From IMG/VR virus record IMGVR_UViG_3300010885_064671: a stretch of 64,000 bases of DNA, one strand, 5' to 3'. Below are positions 59,106 through 64,000 of this stretch, one piece after another (position 1 is the stretch's first letter; every line of letters starts with the position of its first letter). Source of the DNA: a virus. Position numbers and translations under genes: made by a program. Below the pieces are notes generated by a model. That model ran no database searches. It was not told where the DNA came from and worked only from the letters and a program-made list of their open reading frames with translations.

Positions 59106-60272
59106 CTAATAATTTGATGTTCCCATTATAACAGAATAAATAGAAACTGCACCAGATGTAGCATATATTTTATCACTTGCTGGAGTATAATCCTTTACCG
59201 GTATTTCTTTACCGCTTGCATTGAAAGAATTGATTGTAACATATTTTATGTAATCAGATGACAATCTTATCTGTCTTTCTATTTCAGCAACAGATACAGT
59301 ATCCCCTATCGTCATAGAATTTAAATATCTTTGAACAAACAGTTTAGCCTGATTATTAATCCCAGCAACAAAAGATGAAGAAGCGCTAGAAGATAGGGTC
59401 AAGGTTGCAGATACATTAACCGCTGCCTTCTCTGCTATTCTTATGTTAAATCTAACGCCTACTGGCTTTATAGATAAAATTGTATTGTAAACCATCTCTG
59501 GCATAGTTTTTATTTCTGCAGAAGATTCTGGAACAATTATAACGTCACAAGAGCCAAGCCCAAAAGAAGATTCTCTAAGCCTAACATCTCTAACGCCATT
59601 TAATCCTAGCACAGAAAATCTGACTGCTTCGACCGTACCGGATGAACGAGTTTTTAATGCAGCTATTATTCTTCTTCTGTAATTATCGTCAGACTCAGAG
59701 TTAAATATTGCATATACTTCCTTGGCGTTAAAGCAGGATATGATTACTCCAGGTGGGGCTATGACGTTGTGTCTGGTCAAAGAGCCAATAGATGCAGTAT
59801 ATGTATTATCTGTGAAATCTGGAATAACTAAACCATAGGCTTTTGTATTTGATGCTGGTATGATTGTATCGCCATTTAATTTATACTTATATTGACGAGT
59901 TACATAACTGTCAACATTGGCATATACCATTGTGCCTTTAGGAATAACTATATCTACGCTGTATGGTTTTTGGATACTAAACTCTATGTTAAATGATTGC
60001 CTTTCAGCGGCTGCGCTATTGCTTATATCCTTTCTTTTGACCCCATATAATTCACCAATTTTATCTAAGTTAAAACCCGAGGCGGTTGTTAGCCCCCCCT
60101 GCTGCAGGGTAAAAGACAGGGATGAATACAGGTCAGCTATTTCGGTCCCTATTGCGTCAGCAAAAGCTTTAGCAACAGAACCTGGTTGGACTGATGTGAT
60201 ACCAGCATTTTTTTTCAAAGACTCTAAAATAGAGTTAATTATTTCTGATTTATCTTTTGAACCGTATATCAC
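59106..60272 (-). CDS. Baseplate J-like protein
   Basis: PGSVAKAFADAIGTEIADLYSSLSFTLQQGGLTTASGFNLDKIGELYGVKRK. Synteny with the gp25-like gene supports the call. Confidence 0.65.
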   Translation of the reverse strand: MIYGSKDKSEIINSILESLKKNAGITSVQPGSVAKAFADAIGTEIADLYSSLSFTLQQGGLTTASGFNLDKIGELYGVKRKDISNSAAAERQSFNIEFSIQKPYSVDIVIPKGTMVYANVDSYVTRQYKYKLNGDTIIPASNTKAYGLVIPDFTDNTYTASIGSLTRHNVIAPPGVIISCFNAKEVYAIFNSESDDNYRRRIIAALKTRSSGTVEAVRFSVLGLNGVRDVRLRESSFGLGSCDVIIVPESSAEIKTMPEMVYNTILSIKPVGVRFNIRIAEKAAVNVSATLTLSSSASSSFVAGINNQAKLFVQRYLNSMTIGDTVSVAEIERQIRLSSDYIKYVTINSFNASGKEIPVKDYTPASDKIYATSGAVSIYSVIMGTSNY

Positions 60273-60279
60273 TATAACC

Positions 60280-60654
60280 TCACAAACTCTGTGTAACAGA
60301 TAGTACTACTGGCTCATTGCCACTCGACATTATATGGACATCAAATCTTATACTATCGGGGCCAGTAGGAACAGCTGTAATCTGTATATTTCTTCCCTGG
60401 AATATTCCCTCTCTCTCTAGGGCCTGACGTATCAGTCTACTGCCAAGATCACCAGTTTGAGGGTTTTGAGGCATACCATAAAGTATGGATAAATCTGTAC
60501 CAAGACTTGGATAAACAAAAAAATCTCCAGGCTCAGTCATTAACCTGATATATATCTGCTGGACATCATCTGACAAGGATGAATTAGTTGTTGAGATATC
60601 CCTGGTACCGTCCACCAGTAAATCGCCAGACATTGTTAAATATAGATCAGACAT
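60280..60654 (-). CDS. Baseplate wedge protein, GPW/gp25-like
   Basis: MSDLYLTMSGDLLVDG...DVQQIYIRLMTEPGDFFVYPSLGTDL. I chose the start at 60654 (ATGTCTGA overlap) rather than 60702. Confidence 0.7.
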   Translation of the reverse strand: MSDLYLTMSGDLLVDGTRDISTTNSSLSDDVQQIYIRLMTEPGDFFVYPSLGTDLSILYGMPQNPQTGDLGSRLIRQALEREGIFQGRNIQITAVPTGPDSIRFDVHIMSSGNEPVVLSVTQSL

Positions 60655-61285
60655 TTTTATCTTTATCAGCCTTTTCTTTAGCTTGTTCATTTGTATAGCC
60701 ATTTTTCATTAACTCTACAGCATACTGCATATACTCATTGGTGTGGTCCTTTAAGATATTATTAAAGAAAGACATCTGATCTGGGTTTAAACCTTCAGTG
60801 GAAATTGAAGAGGTGTACTTTTGATCATTGCTGCTTTGCTGCGAACCAAAACCATATTCCTCATTTATAGTAAGAGATTTTTGAACTTCTTTCTCCTTTA
60901 TATCTGCAAGTTTTCCAAGGTAATGGTATGCTTCATTTTGTGCGGAATGAATATTTTTAGGGTTTATCTTTACTAAAGTTGGTTGTGAATAGTCTGAAGC
61001 TGCATAATTAAAATTAAATTCGTTCCACCTTAACCCATCTTCCCCGCAAAAAAATCTAACCTTTTCAGCAAAAAATGAAATGGTGTTACTACTGGCACTT
61101 ATGACTATCCCTACGCCCGGGGCAGCAAAAATCTCTATGTCGCCCTCATCATTAAGCCTTAAGAAGGAGCTGGTATCTGGATGGGTAAGCCCAACTTCTC
61201 TTTGTGAAAATTGGCTCCTCCTATTAAGCTCGGTATCTACTGGAAAGCTGGAAACCGGCTGCGTTGGATCTGGTGTGTTTTGCAT
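60647..61285 (-). CDS. Baseplate-module protein, function unknown
   Basis: 212-aa ORF between the gpV-like and gp25-like genes. Confidence 0.5.
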   Translation of the reverse strand: MQNTPDPTQPVSSFPVDTELNRRSQFSQREVGLTHPDTSSFLRLNDEGDIEIFAAPGVGIVISASSNTISFFAEKVRFFCGEDGLRWNEFNFNYAASDYSQPTLVKINPKNIHSAQNEAYHYLGKLADIKEKEVQKSLTINEEYGFGSQQSSNDQKYTSSISTEGLNPDQMSFFNNILKDHTNEYMQYAVELMKNGYTNEQAKEKADKDKNV

Positions 61286-61287
61286 AT

Positions 61288-61656
61288 TTATCTAGCCATA
61301 AACTTTGGTATACCTGTATTCACAACGTAATTATGTAAAAAATTTGATCCAACATTATTTTCCTCGAAATAGCTTACCACATATGCATTGTTTTCGTTAT
61401 CATCTCTAAAACCTACAAGACAACGCGTACCAGGTGCTGGGGCTACATTTTGTATACCCATAGAAGATGGGCATGGAACGTTGTTTACAATATTGCCAAT
61501 TTCTCCAGAAAATGCGTCGTCTAAAATAATAGTTGCTGAATTATTTTTTTTATCAAATTGCATTATAAGACCAGGGCGCATCTTGCTTTGGCGCATTTTT
61601 GATGCGTCAATTTGATTTTGAATTTTATTATCAAATTTTGGATATTTTATAGTCAT
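61288..61656 (-). CDS. Baseplate spike/assembly protein V-like
   Basis: PGLIMQFDKKNNSATIILDD...PAPGTRCLVGFRDDNENNAYVVSYF fits the OB-fold gpV pattern. Confidence 0.5.
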   Translation of the reverse strand: MTIKYPKFDNKIQNQIDASKMRQSKMRPGLIMQFDKKNNSATIILDDAFSGEIGNIVNNVPCPSSMGIQNVAPAPGTRCLVGFRDDNENNAYVVSYFEENNVGSNFLHNYVVNTGIPKFMAR

Positions 61657-61666
61657 AAATTTCTCC

Positions 61667-63797
61667 TTAGATTAACCAATTGTCATCACGGTCTATTTCG
61701 CGTGAAGCTGTAAATACCCCATTTTTCCAACTACCATAGTGTATCCCCAGTATAACCTCTTCATTAGCCCATGCTTCTAATTTAAATTTTTCTGAATGAT
61801 CTGCGTCAGCGAACTTATACCATGTCGAATCACTCCTTGGGACATTGTTTAATACCCAAGATTTAAGATCATCTGGTTTGTTTCCAGCTTTTACATAAAC
61901 ATCTTTTGCTATAGAATATTTTACACCAGATATGAACCCATCCTTCAAAAAACCTTCACCCCAAGCGCGGAATACATAGTCATCTACTGTTGTTTGATAA
62001 TTTTTTCTACCTATTTTAGCCCTTAAAACTCTCATTTGATTTGCAGGTATAAAAGCATTCTGATCAAATCCAGCTAAAAGCTCAACTTGGTTTGCAGTTG
62101 CTCCCCTTCTTAGAATTTCTTCTCTTATTTTATCAGCAGTTAGGCTATCGTTAGCTTTATCGGACAAAGCTAATTTCCAATTTTTTGTAGTGTATGGAGA
62201 TGGCAATATTAGGTCCACATCTAAGTCACTACCTTCTGTGAGTTTTGACGTACCTATTTGTAAGAGACCATAGAATCCATATTGGTTTATAGCCCTTGGC
62301 CTATAGCTTGATTCCCTTTGGCATACGGCTGTAAATATAGCTGAAACTTCAGGGGAAAAATTCCCATACTCTACCAGTAGGGTGTATACTTCCATGGGTG
62401 TTAATGCATCGTTTGAAGTATAGACCTTTTTTAAATTTGACAAATCCGAGTTAGATCCTCCGCCTGGATTTTGATACCCCATATAAGAAGTATTCGTTGG
62501 TGCTGTACCGACAGGAATCGCGGATAAAGATCCAGATTCATCTACATAAATTCCTCCTCTTTCAGGAGAAAAACTCATATGTATATGATCCTTGTGGCCT
62601 GTATCTGTTAGGAATATTTTTACATATTTTAAATTAGAATAATTTTCACTGATTTTAGAACCCGATCCTTGTTTATTATTTTCATAATCTAAGCTAACAA
62701 ACTTATTTATGACTATAGAATCTGGAAGCAAATGTTCTGGAGCGACACTTAACTTTTTGAGTAATAAATCTAATTGTTTTTTATACTCTACAACACCGAG
62801 AATTTATATTCCCTGAAGATTCACCCTTGATGCTAATTTTATTTATATCAAAAGCTCTACCAAAAACGTGGTCCGTAACTGAATTACCAGACTTAAGCGG
62901 CGTAAGATTAGTACCCTGGACAGTATCATCATCACCCCTATAGGATGAACCAAAACCACCAGACATAGCAAGAGGTAATCCATTCGTGTCACTTGCTAAA
63001 AATATTAAGCATTCTATAAGCGCTGCAGATATGTAGGCCTTTTGTGAATCAGCTTTTATTAAATCACCAGGTATTGCGTTGCTAGCCGATGAAACACCAG
63101 GAAAAATTGTTGAAGTATTATATGTCAAATTAATTAGACTATTATTAATATCAAAATCAAAACCAGATTGCAATGTACCACTATCAGCTATGTCCATTGC
63201 TGTTTTTAATTTTTCCCCTCTAGAAATATAAGCTTTTTTTTCTACATCAGTTAAACCAGATACAATTGCAATAGCCTTAGAACCTGCGCTGGTTACTCCA
63301 GATTTTCCAGTTTCTGTATTAGGAGAATGCCCTGCACCATTATCTGTCTGACCGTATTTAGTGTTCATTAAATCTTGTAATCCAGTTATCAAATCCTGAT
63401 TATATTGTTTCCCCAAACTGCTGCCAGCTATTATCTTCAATGCTGCTGCTTGTCCTGTCAAAACTATTGGGTTTCCATCTTGATCTAAATTTGTTGAATC
63501 TAGAACTTTAAGTTTATCTCCGTCTGCCCCCAATATACTACTGCTTAGACTCTGAAGACTTTCCCTGGTTGTAGACAATCTATATGTGCTGCTGTATATC
63601 CCACTAGCCAAAAGGTCTTTGCCGCTAGCTGAAGAAACCAAATCAGATGTAGTTAGAGTCTGGCCAGTGTATCCCCTTTCTGCTGCTGAAGTACCAGTTA
63701 TATTTATTCCATTTTTAGGAACTATATTTTCATATACAGCATTAGCTATGCTAGCGGAATCTTGTAAGCTGTCAATAGAAAAATTAAAATGTGCCAT
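61667..63797 (-). CDS. Tail-associated lysin: M15A-type Zn peptidase + SLT-like lytic transglycosylase. Two ORFs are joined by a +1 shift at CGG 62798..62796.
   Basis: ...SVTDHVFGRAFDINKISIKGESSGNINS | GVVEYKKQLDLLLKKLSVAPEHLLPDSIVINKF...TGHKDHIHMSF...AVCQRESSYRPRAINQYGFYGLLQIG. The C-terminal region is paralogous to that of gene 49..3031 (IPANQ..., YSIA[KR]DV). Confidence 0.7.
62796..62798 (-). other. Candidate +1 recoding site (TCT CGG TGT read as TCT c GGT GTT)
   Basis: The 0 frame stops 4 codons later. The +1 frame is in phase with ORF 61667..62731, whose TTG 'start' is an artefact. Confidence 0.6.
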
Positions 63798-64000
63798 TAT
63801 GATCCACTCTTTACGCTAACCGTCTGTTGAGATGATTGAATAACTGATTCAGATTCAGTCAATAAATCATGGGTATACACCGTAGTACCATAATTTCTGG
63901 CTATCAATTCCCAGTTCAATGTGGTTGGAGTACCATCGTCATAGTACTCATCCCATAAAATTAATGGCCATTTTGAAGAAGTAATATATAATTGCCTAAG
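63797..64000 (-). CDS. 3' end of a minus-strand gene that continues beyond the window (structural module)
   Basis: The open frame reaches the window edge: ...LILWDEYYDDGTPTTLNWELIARNYGTTVYTHDLLTESESVIQSSQQTVSVKSGS*. Its TAA overlaps the next ATG (TAATG). Confidence 0.5.
   Translation of the reverse strand, partial: LRQLYITSSKWPLILWDEYYDDGTPTTLNWELIARNYGTTVYTHDLLTESESVIQSSQQTVSVKSGS

Noticed and set aside
2405-62798. Sequencing or assembly indel errors at a CCG/CGG motif or in a G homopolymer
   Set aside because: A couple of hundred other CCG trinucleotides lie inside coding regions without breaking a frame. All eight breaks have the CGG in frame 0 of the upstream ORF, whereas errors would be blind to frame. 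At two sites the conserved Gly is restored only by dropping the C, which is not a homopolymer base. I cannot fully exclude this without reads.
2405-62798. CGG reassigned to another amino acid or to a stop codon
   Set aside because: A triplet reassignment does not restore the downstream frame, because the downstream conserved sequence is always in +1. Reading CGG as a stop would leave every one of these conserved domains truncated.
1-64000. CRISPR arrays, integrases/transposases, att-like direct repeats and rRNA
   Set aside because: None were seen. The only repeats are intragenic low-complexity or tandem coding repeats and short terminator hairpins.

Overview
The window looks like an AT-rich segment of a large tailed-phage (or prophage) genome. 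It is transcribed almost entirely from the minus strand. Only one small gene (19295..19474) is on the plus strand, and adjacent genes commonly overlap by 4 nt (ATGA) or share TAATG junctions.

Modules, in coordinate order:
- 49-7.9 kb: two giant cell-wall-active proteins. They carry M15/VanY-type zinc-peptidase motifs, an SLT-like domain, a DUF1566-like domain, an SGNH esterase and Thr/Pro-rich linkers.
- 7.9-12.3 kb: a cluster of glycosyltransferases, SAM methyltransferases and a clavaminate-synthase-like Fe(II)/2OG hydroxylase.
- 12.4-15.3 kb: a lysis cassette (membrane protein plus an M15 endolysin with a PG_binding_1 domain) embedded in a run of nine very small lysine-rich ORFs.
- 15.4-19.1 kb: P-loop kinase, RNase H, a sigma-70-like factor and a nuclease.
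- 19.6-30 kb: replication genes, namely two Cas4/RecB-like nucleases, DnaE, an AEP primase, an HD hydrolase and a DnaB-like helicase.
- 30-37.5 kb: nucleotide and DNA metabolism genes, namely GT2 enzymes, a deoxyribosyltransferase-like protein, SNase, ThyX and a class II RNR.
- 37.6-64 kb: a baseplate/tail-fibre super-module (gpV-like, gp25-like, baseplate-J-like, a metallophosphoesterase, and ORFs of 2066 and about 1626 aa).

I saw no rRNA, tRNA, CRISPR array or transposase.

The main finding is a recoding pattern. Six conserved genes are split into adjacent ORFs at eight positions. Every break is repaired by the same +1 operation at an in-frame CGG codon: skip the C and read GGN as Gly. By hand count, only one other in-frame CGG exists in the window. 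This suggests systematic +1 frameshifting, or 4-nt decoding, at a rare 'hungry' Arg codon, rather than pseudogenes or sequencing error.

All calls come from reading the sequence and recognising motifs. No database search was run.
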